From: a virus
Taxonomy: Duplodnaviria; Caudoviricetes
DNA: 64,000 bases
Virus record (IMG/VR): IMGVR_UViG_3300017911_002158
Coordinates: 1-64,000 of that record
Reading direction: 5' to 3' (one strand)
Below, piece by piece: positions 1 through 9,277 of this stretch (within the stretch, counting starts at the first letter, position 1; every line of letters starts with the position of its first letter). The notes beneath the pieces are model-generated. The model did no database searches, was not told the DNA's origin, and saw only the letters and a list, made by a program, of their open reading frames with translations. The position numbers and the translations under genes were made by a program.

Positions 1-642
1 ACCGCAGTAAAGGCTCTTATCTCTTCTGGAGCTATGGATCACTATAAATACAGTAGAAATAAAATGCTTTTTGAATATAGTATTGCAAGCGACTTAACTA
101 AAAAAGAGTCTGAAATATGTAGAAAATATATATCAAATAATAGTAGTCTCAAAAGCATACTGAGCAGCTTGCTGAAAGACAAGATCACAAGCAGGCGTCG
201 AAATATTGTTGAGAACCATCTTAGGTCTATAGATAATCCTCCTTTTGATCTAGAAGACTCTATAGAATGGATATCAGATAAAGAATATGAACTATTAGGA
301 TATTCCATTTCCTGTTCTAAGATAGATATGTATGATATTTCTCATACAAATTGTACTTGTGGTGAATTTTTAAACAGCACAAAGAAAGATATTGTTATAG
401 CTGGTGAGATTGAGAGTATTAATGTTGTTAAAACTAAAACAGGAAAAAGCAAAGGCTCAGATATGGCTTTTGTTAGCATGTCTGATAATAGTGGTGTTAT
501 AGATTCTGTAATAATATTTCCAGAAGCTTACAGAACTTATCAAAATATTTTATTCGATAATAATGTAGTAATAGTTAAAGGCACAAAGTCTAAGGAAAAA
601 GATAGTCTGATAGCAGAGAAAATATTTATACCACAGGCTTGA
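1..642 (+). CDS. dnaE: DNA polymerase III alpha subunit, C-terminal part (HhH/OB-fold); truncated by window start
   Basis: Frame is open from base 1 (TAVKALISSGAMD...). Motifs EYELLGYSIS, KTKTGKSKGSDMAFVSMSDNSG and IIFPEAY match the DnaE C-terminal OB-fold. Confidence 0.85.
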   Translation, partial: TAVKALISSGAMDHYKYSRNKMLFEYSIASDLTKKESEICRKYISNNSSLKSILSSLLKDKITSRRRNIVENHLRSIDNPPFDLEDSIEWISDKEYELLGYSISCSKIDMYDISHTNCTCGEFLNSTKKDIVIAGEIESINVVKTKTGKSKGSDMAFVSMSDNSGVIDSVIIFPEAYRTYQNILFDNNVVIVKGTKSKEKDSLIAEKIFIPQA

Positions 643-666
643 CAGCCAAGCCTTGAACACTATAAT
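639..666 (+). promoter_or_regulatory. Sigma-70-type promoter for ssb
   Basis: TTGACA (639-644), 16 nt spacer, TATAAT (661-666); AAGGAG RBS before ATG 711. Confidence 0.8.
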
Positions 667-710
667 ACTAAGTGTACGTTACATTTTTGAACTTTTGAAG
701 GAGTTTTGAT

Positions 711-1088
711 ATGAATCAAGTTATTTTACGTGGAAATTTGACAAGAGACCCGGAACTTAGGACTATTGATAATGGAAGTAGATCTATTTCTGTAATCAAT
801 TTTACAGTTGCTGTTTCTCGTGAATACACGAAAGCAAATGGAGTGAGAGATAAGATTGTTTCCTACATTCCTTGTGAAGCATGGGATTCTGGAGCTGAGC
901 TGATTGCTGAGTCTTTCAGAAAGGGCGATCTAGTTTTTGTCGAAGGCTCTATGCGTAATGACAAGTGGGAAAAGGATGGTGTGAAGCATAACAGCATGAA
1001 GGTTAGGGTTAATAATTTCTCTAAGCTTACTAAGCTGAAAAAGAATGCGCATAGCACACAACAAGAAGAAGAAGCAGTAGCATTCTAA
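711..1088 (+). CDS. ssb: Single-stranded DNA-binding protein
   Basis: MNQVILRGNLTRDPELR, KGDLVFVEG, acidic C-terminal tail ending in F. Confidence 0.95.
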   Translation: MNQVILRGNLTRDPELRTIDNGSRSISVINFTVAVSREYTKANGVRDKIVSYIPCEAWDSGAELIAESFRKGDLVFVEGSMRNDKWEKDGVKHNSMKVRVNNFSKLTKLKKNAHSTQQEEEAVAF

Positions 1089-1127
1089 TTTAAATAAATA
1101 TCTAGCACATAGGAGATCTCTAGTTAT

Positions 1128-2735
1128 ATGAGAAAAAAAAGAATATTAATGGTTGGTGAGCATCATGTCGCTAAATCAGGATTCGGCTTATATACTAGAG
1201 AAATCCTATCTAGATTGCATAAAACCGGAAAATATGTTGTTGCAGAATTAAGTTGTTTCAATAATGGTCTTGAATCTTCTTCTGTTCCTTGGAAGGTATA
1301 TCCCAATGCTGTGCCACCAAAACACGAATTAGAAAAACAGTACAACTCTGATGGAGCAAATGTTTTTGGAAAATGGAGATTTGATCAAACAGTTCTAGAT
1401 TTTAGACCAGATATTGTGTTTGATATCAGAGATTTTTGGATGTTAGAATATCAAGCAACATCATTACTTAGACCATATTTCCATTGGGTAGTTGCACCAA
1501 CAGTAGATTCTATTCCACAACAGCTTCATTGGCTACAAACTTTTAGTACTGCTGATATCGTTCTAGCTCACACAGATTGGGCTATTGATTATATGAAAGA
1601 AGTTGGACATAATATAAATGCCATCACTAGTGTTTCTGATTCTGTTGACACAGATGTTTTTTCTCCATTAAATTATTCACTAACTCTCAACAGGGCTCAG
1701 CATTTAATTCCAGAAAATGCTTTTATTGTCGGTTCTGTAATGAGAAACCAAAAAAGAAAACTTATTCCTAATTTGATGGGGATAATAAAAAACTTAAGAG
1801 CTTTTACTGAACGAACAGACATATATCTATATTTACACACAAGCTTTCCTGAAAGAGCTGGCTGGGACATCCCTTCTTTGCTGCAAGAGTATGACGCATA
1901 TAATTTTGTATTGTTTACTTACTTATGCCATAATTGTGGTAAAGCATATGCTTCTCATTGGAAAGGCGATAAAACAATATGCACATTTTGTGGACAAAAA
2001 TCTGCTGCCTTCCCTAATGTTGTAAAAGGATTAACAGATACTCAGCTAAAGAAGATTTATAATTTATTTGATGTTTACATGCAATATGCAATATGTGAAG
2101 GGTTGGGAATTCCACAACTAGAAGCTGCATCTTGTGGGGTTCCTATATGTTCTGTTGATTATAGTGCTATGAGTGAAGTAACAACAAAATTAAACGCAGA
2201 TAAAATATCTTATACTTTATTTAAAGAGTTAGAAACAGGAGCATATAGAGCAGTCCCTAATGATGGAGAAGCTGTTGCCACATTATATAGATATCTGCAA
2301 CAAAACCAAGCAACAAAAAAGCAAAAGAAAAAGGATATTAGAGAAAAAATTCTAGAAAATTATAGTTGGGATAAGACAGCAGAAAAATATATAGAAATTT
2401 TTGATAGTATAAAACCTAAAAATATTTGGGACATGCCTTTATCAGTAAATCCCTCTTTTAAAATAAATAATACTTCTAGTCATAGACAATTTGTTACAGA
2501 CATTGTTAAAAATGTTATTCAAAGTCCACACATATTAAATAGTACATATATACAGAATATGATCAGGCACTTAGATGAGGGTTATATAAATAATGGTGGG
2601 AATATTGTTCCGTTTAATACTGAAATGGCAAAGAAAAACCTAGAGGGACTACTGAATCATAAAGTTTTATTAGAACACATAAGATCAAAAAAGGGTATAG
2701 ATAATTCTGAATTTCTAAAATATGGACAAACATAA
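1128..2735 (+). CDS. GT-B (family 4-like) glycosyltransferase with CxxC..CxxC insertion
   Basis: SGFG N-terminal loop, RNQKRK, EGLGIPQLEAASCGVP (EX7E motif), YSWDKTA; inserted CHNC...CTFC. Confidence 0.9.
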   Translation: MRKKRILMVGEHHVAKSGFGLYTREILSRLHKTGKYVVAELSCFNNGLESSSVPWKVYPNAVPPKHELEKQYNSDGANVFGKWRFDQTVLDFRPDIVFDIRDFWMLEYQATSLLRPYFHWVVAPTVDSIPQQLHWLQTFSTADIVLAHTDWAIDYMKEVGHNINAITSVSDSVDTDVFSPLNYSLTLNRAQHLIPENAFIVGSVMRNQKRKLIPNLMGIIKNLRAFTERTDIYLYLHTSFPERAGWDIPSLLQEYDAYNFVLFTYLCHNCGKAYASHWKGDKTICTFCGQKSAAFPNVVKGLTDTQLKKIYNLFDVYMQYAICEGLGIPQLEAASCGVPICSVDYSAMSEVTTKLNADKISYTLFKELETGAYRAVPNDGEAVATLYRYLQQNQATKKQKKKDIREKILENYSWDKTAEKYIEIFDSIKPKNIWDMPLSVNPSFKINNTSSHRQFVTDIVKNVIQSPHILNSTYIQNMIRHLDEGYINNGGNIVPFNTEMAKKNLEGLLNHKVLLEHIRSKKGIDNSEFLKYGQT

Positions 2736-3813
2736 AAACATCTTATATATAGGACCATATAACGAGGAATCAAATAGGGGCAGAGTTTCTTTAATCAATG
2801 TAAAAGCTCTGAATAAAATAGGACACAGGCTTAAGGCTGTACCGATTTATTATCCAGGCGAAAAAAACAAAGAAACTCCCCAGGATCTCTTACCATTAGA
2901 AAATAATAATCTAGAACATTATGATATTTGTATACAGCATTGTGATCCGATGCAGTATTCATTTAATAATAACATAGATAAAAATATTGGTATATACACA
3001 CCAAATAGCGTCACTTCTGAGCCAATTATTAATACCAGAATGGCATTGCTAGATAATATTATTGTTTATTCAAAAAAAATATATACTCAACTTCCACGGA
3101 TATTGTCGCAACATATTCTTAATAAACTTAGATATTGTCCTAAATATATAGATCTTGATTATATTATCAATTATAAAAAAGAACTACTAGATTGGACAGA
3201 CAGCCAAAGATACTACTTTTATTCTGAATTAGAATTTACTGAAGAGTATGATTGGGAAAAATTGATTTATGTATATCTAACAAGCTTTATGAATAAAAAT
3301 GCTGGGCTGATCATAAAAACAAAAAACATTGCTGATGAAGAACAAGCTAGTTATATTACTAATAAAATTAATAATATAGCTATGTATGCTAATATCAAAC
3401 CAAATAAAGATAATATGCCCAAGATATTAAATGGTGTTTTTGATGAAGACACTCAAATGAGAATCTATAACTCTATCCACTGCTTTATAGACTGCGGAAG
3501 AAATTATGACTATAATAATAATATCCTGGTTGCAGCAGCCCTGCAAAAACGGATAATCTGCAATTCACAATTATCGACATCAGATTTTTTTCCAGAAATG
3601 TATAAAGTAAATGCTATAGCATGTAATGTTAATTATAGTTTTAATAACGATTTATTATCTTCTTCAATGTATGAACAACATTATTCCATGGAATGTAATA
3701 GCCTAAAAGAAACTATGAATTTAGCATATGATAATAGATATTTAAAAGAAAAAATTAGTTATGAACAATTAAAACCATACGATATATCTAATATTAATAA
3801 TTTATTATGCTAG
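2722..3813 (+). CDS. Degenerate glycosyltransferase-like protein (GT-B remnant)
   Basis: NILYIGPY and YDICIQH N-terminus resemble phage GT4 proteins, but there is no intact EX7E motif. Confidence 0.55.
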   Translation: MDKHKNILYIGPYNEESNRGRVSLINVKALNKIGHRLKAVPIYYPGEKNKETPQDLLPLENNNLEHYDICIQHCDPMQYSFNNNIDKNIGIYTPNSVTSEPIINTRMALLDNIIVYSKKIYTQLPRILSQHILNKLRYCPKYIDLDYIINYKKELLDWTDSQRYYFYSELEFTEEYDWEKLIYVYLTSFMNKNAGLIIKTKNIADEEQASYITNKINNIAMYANIKPNKDNMPKILNGVFDEDTQMRIYNSIHCFIDCGRNYDYNNNILVAAALQKRIICNSQLSTSDFFPEMYKVNAIACNVNYSFNNDLLSSSMYEQHYSMECNSLKETMNLAYDNRYLKEKISYEQLKPYDISNINNLLC

Positions 3814-4301
3814 TAAATAATATATTACTAAAAAATACTAATGCTGATATTAATATACTTTATTCTCACTCAGATAATAAAGCATTTATCAAATTATTAA
3901 AAAGTATTTATGGATCAAATCATATAGCCCTATTAGAAGAGTCTGTCTTTGCTCATAAAAGTATTGATTTAATAATATGTAATAATAGATTAGATATTCT
4001 CGAAGGATGTCTTTCTTTATGTAATTATTTACACGTACCATTATTAATAGTTGAACATAAAATTAAACCTGAGCATTTGCATATTAGTCAAATAATATCT
4101 CCTAATATTACTCATCATACTGTTGCTATTAGTAATGAAATAGCTAGATCATGGGGTGTCGAATCTTTTAATGAAATTATTGATATAGACATTACCGATA
4201 CAAAAAGCATTAATAGCTGGAAAAAGACTATTGATAATAAAACAAAAAAGCCATTTAAGATTATTACCCAAAAAACTTTAGAAACACAACATCATGAATA
4301 A
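3807..4301 (+). CDS. Hypothetical protein, glycosyltransferase-like fragment
   Basis: Overlapping operon gene; IDLIIC and LHVPLLIVEH resemble the GT-B N-domain. Confidence 0.4.
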   Translation: MLVNNILLKNTNADINILYSHSDNKAFIKLLKSIYGSNHIALLEESVFAHKSIDLIICNNRLDILEGCLSLCNYLHVPLLIVEHKIKPEHLHISQIISPNITHHTVAISNEIARSWGVESFNEIIDIDITDTKSINSWKKTIDNKTKKPFKIITQKTLETQHHE

Positions 4302-4719
4302 AAATATAGCAATATTAATAGATGAAGAAATAGAATATCCAAAAGATTACCAGTGTTATTTAATAGATGATATAACAGAAATAAAAACGGAATATGAAAA
4401 TATTTACATAGGAGATCTTATAGATTATATCCCTATAAACCAGGTAAAAGAAACCTTACAAGAAATAATAGATAAATTAGTTAAAAACGGTAGGCTTTCC
4501 ATAAAAGGTCCAGATATTTTGCAGCTGTGTTGGTATTGTTCTAAACTCAATCTTGATGTTAATAAGTTTAGATATATCGTATATCAAACTGGCAGAAAAT
4601 CATGTTATTCAATGGATGAAATTATTCTAATACTTAGTAATATCCCAGGAATAAGTATAGAGTCTGCTTCTTATGTAAATCTTTATGAATACTCCATAGT
4701 AGTGAATAAAAATGAATAA
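4294..4719 (+). CDS. Degenerate SAM-methyltransferase-like protein
   Basis: DLIDYI..LQEIIDKLVKNGRLSIKGPD resembles the class I MTase C-terminal half (L.PGG.L.I..PD); no GxG motif I. Confidence 0.45.
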   Translation: MNKNIAILIDEEIEYPKDYQCYLIDDITEIKTEYENIYIGDLIDYIPINQVKETLQEIIDKLVKNGRLSIKGPDILQLCWYCSKLNLDVNKFRYIVYQTGRKSCYSMDEIILILSNIPGISIESASYVNLYEYSIVVNKNE

Positions 4720-5413
4720 AATTAGTTTTGTTATCACATCACCACATTATGACGGTGGTATAAAATCAATAGGCTCAAAGTGCATATATAGCCTTAAAAA
4801 GCAAACAATTATAGAGAAACAATGTAAGGCAATAGAGAAGTATTGTAAAAATACTGACTATGAAATTATATTTGTAAATAATGTCGATCACCACAAAACT
4901 AGTAAATTTTTAGAACAGAAAAAGCTAGATATTAAATATGTTTATTTAAACCAAAAAAACATTAACCACTCTGGTTGCTTTCTTAAGGGTTTACAACTTG
5001 CCAAGTACGACACAATATTTAATATAGAATGTGGCCTAATACTCTCACACTACGCCATATCAGATATTTTAAAAAATAATCTTGATTGTGATATCAATGT
5101 TGGCTGTGTGGGAAATAAGCATAAGCAAAATATAGACCTAGAAATTGGATGCATAGTTCAAGACAATCAAAATATCAATAATATATTTTTTGGACTAGAT
5201 AATAAATATATTGGAATCACCTGCATAAATGAAAGATCTAAACAATTCATACTAGAAAATTTTACGATAAATAGAGATAAAAATAAATATCTATTTGAAA
5301 TCATTAATGCTTGTGTTGCTAAAAATTTTGTTTGTAAGAAAACAGATTTAAAAAGCAAAGACGTACATCTAATTTTTAATAAAAAGTCACTACAACAATA
5401 TATAGGTGTTTAA
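4712..5413 (+). CDS. Degenerate sugar nucleotidyltransferase (GT-A/NTP-transferase-like)
   Basis: GGIKSIGSKCIY..KQTIIEKQ resembles G.G.RM..PK.L..TI.E.Q with key residues lost. Confidence 0.5.
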   Translation: MNKISFVITSPHYDGGIKSIGSKCIYSLKKQTIIEKQCKAIEKYCKNTDYEIIFVNNVDHHKTSKFLEQKKLDIKYVYLNQKNINHSGCFLKGLQLAKYDTIFNIECGLILSHYAISDILKNNLDCDINVGCVGNKHKQNIDLEIGCIVQDNQNINNIFFGLDNKYIGITCINERSKQFILENFTINRDKNKYLFEIINACVAKNFVCKKTDLKSKDVHLIFNKKSLQQYIGV

Positions 5414-5821
5414 ATGACCAATACACACAATGTGAGTAAGCCGTATATTTCTAAAAGTCTAGGAATAGCATGTTCTGTATTTTCTTCTGATAGTTATGAA
5501 AGTAAGTGCTTTAAAGAACTTCTGCAATTAATGATGGATGATGACTTTAAGAAAAGTTTTAACTATGCAATTTATTGCGATGACTTTATGGTTAAAGCTA
5601 ATATGTTTATGCCAAGATTTCATATATACTATTTGAATAGTGAAACCAAAGATATTATCATAATGGATGAACATCTAATCGACCTGCCTCAAGTGTATAA
5701 TCATCATCGATATTATATATATGATAATCAAGAACTTTTTGAAAAATTTGAAGAAAAATATGATAATGTAGCACATATTAAATCTATTAAGGATATAGAC
5801 AATGTATCAACAAATGAATGA
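5414..5821 (+). CDS. Hypothetical protein
   Basis: Tightly packed 135-aa ORF in the operon. Confidence 0.6.
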   Translation: MTNTHNVSKPYISKSLGIACSVFSSDSYESKCFKELLQLMMDDDFKKSFNYAIYCDDFMVKANMFMPRFHIYYLNSETKDIIIMDEHLIDLPQVYNHHRYYIYDNQELFEKFEEKYDNVAHIKSIKDIDNVSTNE

Positions 5822-6587
5822 TATAAATAAAAGAAAACTTCTTCACAAGTTATATGTAGAAGAAAAGAAATCTTTTGGAGAAATAGCAGCACAATATGAC
5901 ACCTATCCTAATAAAATCAGAAGGGATGCAATTAAGTTTAATATTCCCATTAGAAATAAAAAAGAAGCGCAAAAAAATGTTTTGCAGCTGGGTAAGGCAT
6001 CTCATCCGACTAAGGGAAAAATAAGAACAGAGGAAGAGAAAGACAAGATTTCATTAGGTGTTTATAATGCTTGGGAAAATATTTCTGAACAAGAAAGAAA
6101 AAAAAGAAAACTAGATAGTAAAAAAAGATGGGATAATCTTGACGATAAAACTAAACAAAATATGCTACACTCTGCACATGTGGCCATTAGAAAATCTAGC
6201 GTAGAAGGTTCTAAACTAGAAAAGTTTTTATTGGCTAGTTTGATAGAAAATGGATTTAGGCCCGAATTTCACAAAGAGGAAATATTAGCTAATACTAAAT
6301 TACAAATAGACATTTATGTTCCAGAGAAAAATGTAGCAATAGAAGTTGATGGACCTTCTCATTTTGAACCAGTGTGGGGCCAAGACTCATTAAATAAAAA
6401 TAAGAAGTATGATGAGAAAAAAACAGGATTGATACTTGGCAAAGGCATGAAGCTGATTAGAATAAAACAGACAAACGACTATTCTAAAGCAAGAGCTAAC
6501 ATGCTTTCAGAAAAATTAATGCAAACACTAAGGACCATTGATAAATCAAAGGATAAACTATTTCACATAGAGGATAATAATGAGTAA
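5802..6587 (+). CDS. Vsr/DUF559-type endonuclease with HTH and NUMOD3-like DNA-binding motifs (free-standing homing endonuclease-like)
   Basis: HPTKGKIRTEEEKDKIS (NUMOD3-like); SKLE..IDIYVPEKNVAIEVDGPSHF..GMKLIRI. Confidence 0.75.
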   Translation: MYQQMNDINKRKLLHKLYVEEKKSFGEIAAQYDTYPNKIRRDAIKFNIPIRNKKEAQKNVLQLGKASHPTKGKIRTEEEKDKISLGVYNAWENISEQERKKRKLDSKKRWDNLDDKTKQNMLHSAHVAIRKSSVEGSKLEKFLLASLIENGFRPEFHKEEILANTKLQIDIYVPEKNVAIEVDGPSHFEPVWGQDSLNKNKKYDEKKTGLILGKGMKLIRIKQTNDYSKARANMLSEKLMQTLRTIDKSKDKLFHIEDNNE

Positions 6588-7254
6588 AAATAAGAAACCC
6601 AGTATTAATGATATTGAATGGACAGATTACGTTTTGGAGCTTCTTTCAGATGATGAAAAGATCAAAGGAAATCCAACAACAGATGGATTAAGAAGAATTT
6701 TTGAAGTAGCTATGAACTGTTCTATTACAGAATCATTGTCAGAAGTATGCCAGTCTCCTGACCCTAATAATGGCAATAGGGCCACTGTGGTGCATTCTCT
6801 GACCTATATTTTAAAAGATGTCAGTCAGGATAGCCCTTTTAATACCATCACCGTAAATGGGGCAGCAGATGTTTATTGGGGAAACTGTGATAAAATCTTT
6901 AGAAACCATCCTGTGGCGGTTGCAGAAACTAGAGCAGAAGGACGGGCATTAAGAAGAGGCTTAAGACTTCGCAAGGTTGTGGCTGCTGAGGAAATTGCAG
7001 AAGAAATAGAAGATGATATTGATGGACATAACGCTGGAAAGATTTCCAACAATCAGTTAAATTTTATGGACGTTCTTTGTAAGAGACTAGACATTAATGC
7101 CGCTAAATATTTAGAAAGTATGGATTTGTCAGTAGATATTGATAAACTTGACCATAACAATGGTGTATCTATTATAAGACAGTTATCTAGTTATCAACAG
7201 GATACTAGCAATATACCCGAAACCATCTTAGGATATGAGGAAGGCTGGAAATGA
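6580..7254 (+). CDS. Putative Rad52/Sak-like single-strand annealing protein
   Basis: ATVVHSL..GAAD..AVAETRAEGRALRR helix resembles the Rad52-fold signature; lies in the replication module. Confidence 0.5.
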   Translation: MSKNKKPSINDIEWTDYVLELLSDDEKIKGNPTTDGLRRIFEVAMNCSITESLSEVCQSPDPNNGNRATVVHSLTYILKDVSQDSPFNTITVNGAADVYWGNCDKIFRNHPVAVAETRAEGRALRRGLRLRKVVAAEEIAEEIEDDIDGHNAGKISNNQLNFMDVLCKRLDINAAKYLESMDLSVDIDKLDHNNGVSIIRQLSSYQQDTSNIPETILGYEEGWK

Positions 7255-7568
7255 AAGCATCATATAAAGTAAGCGATACATTACAATTCGAAGTTGAAGG
7301 CGAAGGCCAAAAAGAAATTTTTAAGGAACTATCCTCTATTCAAGAAATCTTTGGTGAATCAGAATGTGGTATGTGTAAAAATACCAATCTTAGATTTGCT
7401 GTAAGAACAGTAGAAGATAATGAATATTATGAACTTAAATGCACTAAATGCGGAGCTTCTCTTGCGTTTGGTCAACATAAAAAGGGAGGAACTCTTTTTC
7501 CAAAGCGTAAAGATGATAAGGGTGAATATATGCCCAACAGAGGATGGTATAAATGGAAGGGCAATTAA
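7251..7568 (+). CDS. Zinc-ribbon protein
   Basis: CGMC...CTKC. Confidence 0.7.
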   Translation: MKASYKVSDTLQFEVEGEGQKEIFKELSSIQEIFGESECGMCKNTNLRFAVRTVEDNEYYELKCTKCGASLAFGQHKKGGTLFPKRKDDKGEYMPNRGWYKWKGN

Positions 7569-9181
7569 TTGAAATAGGAAAACCATTCACTGTAAAATTT
7601 ACCAAGCCTATTTTAAATCCTTTGAATCAGTGGAGAGTTTTTAGTCAAAAAGGATTGAGTGTTGGGGTTAGTAGTTCTCCTCAATATCCTGGACTAAGTA
7701 TATTAGGAAGTACAGCAACAGACCCAGAACAATTACAAAAAGATTTTGGGTGTTGTTGTAATCCGTGTAGGGAGGTTTTTACTGATTTGTATTTTGATAT
7801 TAATGCTTACCATCTCTGTAATAGAGCCCATTTTGATTTATATGTGCTAGATTATCAAGCAACCAATGATAGTGATGGTGGTCTATTCTACATATGGATT
7901 GGTCATGCTAATGTAAATAGTGCTAAAGACAACCTTCAGAACTCACCCAACAATGGAAATGCTCCAACCATAAATGATTATGACTATTTCATGGTACCAG
8001 AAAGCACTTTGGCTATTGCTAATGCAGGAAAAACAGCAGAACAATGTTGTGAGATGCAGTTTATACTTTGGCCTTCACCTTTTCCCTCTAGACTGTTTTT
8101 AACAGATGAATACATCAGGGTAACAAATGACGATTTTTCTTATCCTATTCAGGGGGAAATGTACATAAAATCTGTAGGCAATGTAACATTAGATCAAAGA
8201 GAATTCGAAAGTGTTCATACTAATATAGCATACGCAACCGTTAAAACCCCAGCAGATGATGATGTTAATACATGTGATTTTGTTGGGCGGATCCCTCGTC
8301 TAAACCAAGGCCCATCTCAAGGCGAGAAAACACCAGATGGTTGTTGTGTGTTACTAGGAGAGGCAAATCTAAATCCTGGAAGTGCAGTTAGTCTAAACTT
8401 GTGTGGAGGTTGTGTCGGATGCAAAACGCACAAGGAAGTCTTTGGTAGCAGTGAGAGTCTGTCGGTGCGATGGGGATTTCAGCACACTGTCCGTTCCAAT
8501 CGCGGCGACATACTATTTCCCCACGACATTCTACCGCAATTTGATAGTGGCTTAATAGGACCGCTTGAGAGTCCGTCTCACACGATAGATGTCGGTAAAC
8601 ACAGATACGAGTACTCGATGTCTGCGACGATCCAGCAATCGCACCTCAGGATAGTTTGTGCGGTATCTCCCAACCAAGCTCCAAATTTTCGAACAACGCC
8701 TGGGCAAATACTTATCGCGTTTAGCGAGTACGCTTGCCAAACATACAACACTCTTACTTTTAACGGCGAACGAACCAATGCCAATAACACATTAGTCGTG
8801 CAAAACCAACATTCCCCCGTTGCTGGTGGCGAAACGAGATGGGAGTTTGTTGGCGCAAGATTACACGGACAACGAGTACCCGCAAGCGTCTTCAGGCCAG
8901 CCGCTACTAACAACTCGGTTTGGTACCAAGTACCTGGGGCCTACGCTAAGGAGTCAACGCTTATAGGATACCCTGGGGCTTTCCCGTACAGCGCAAATAT
9001 GAACGTTCGCCATTCAGACGCTACGGGGAGGGGGGCTGCGCAATGGGAGACGTTTTTCGTAGATTTTACAGTAATAATTTACGACGTATACATCACGAGC
9101 ACAGGGCGATCTGTCGGCCTCTATCACGTTGGCCCAACAAGTCCTGGAACAATAAGACCAACTGTTTTAGTAGGCCATTAA
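7553..9181 (+). CDS. Cys-rich hypothetical protein with GC-rich (swapped) C-terminal half; possibly virion-associated
   Basis: GCCCNPC, QCC, GCC and CGGCVGC motifs; visible GC rise after about 8400. Confidence 0.6.
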   Translation: MEGQLIEIGKPFTVKFTKPILNPLNQWRVFSQKGLSVGVSSSPQYPGLSILGSTATDPEQLQKDFGCCCNPCREVFTDLYFDINAYHLCNRAHFDLYVLDYQATNDSDGGLFYIWIGHANVNSAKDNLQNSPNNGNAPTINDYDYFMVPESTLAIANAGKTAEQCCEMQFILWPSPFPSRLFLTDEYIRVTNDDFSYPIQGEMYIKSVGNVTLDQREFESVHTNIAYATVKTPADDDVNTCDFVGRIPRLNQGPSQGEKTPDGCCVLLGEANLNPGSAVSLNLCGGCVGCKTHKEVFGSSESLSVRWGFQHTVRSNRGDILFPHDILPQFDSGLIGPLESPSHTIDVGKHRYEYSMSATIQQSHLRIVCAVSPNQAPNFRTTPGQILIAFSEYACQTYNTLTFNGERTNANNTLVVQNQHSPVAGGETRWEFVGARLHGQRVPASVFRPAATNNSVWYQVPGAYAKESTLIGYPGAFPYSANMNVRHSDATGRGAAQWETFFVDFTVIIYDVYITSTGRSVGLYHVGPTSPGTIRPTVLVGH

Positions 9182-9185
9182 CCTA

Positions 9186-9240
9186 ATGAACCTTGGCGAC
9201 CACCTAGAACGCGGCCTGTCCGCTGTTAGAATTAAAAAAC
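9186..9240 (+). pseudogene. Probable truncated small-gene remnant (MNLGDHLERGLSAV...)
   Basis: GC-rich start just after the previous stop, then an abrupt return to AT-rich sequence; the rest of the ORF is antisense to the 9278-13114 gene. Confidence 0.4.
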
Positions 9241-9277
9241 CAACAAGCCTATTGAATACAACCCAGATGATAAATTA

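Noticed and set aside
7162-7169. Plus-strand GGTGTATC as a late promoter for 7251/7553
   Set aside because: It lies inside a CDS about 80 nt from the next start, outside the 20-41 nt spacing of the other sites; it cannot be supported without TSS data.
7553-9240. Diversity-generating retroelement target
   Set aside because: No reverse transcriptase and no template/variable repeat pair differing at adenines were seen in this window.
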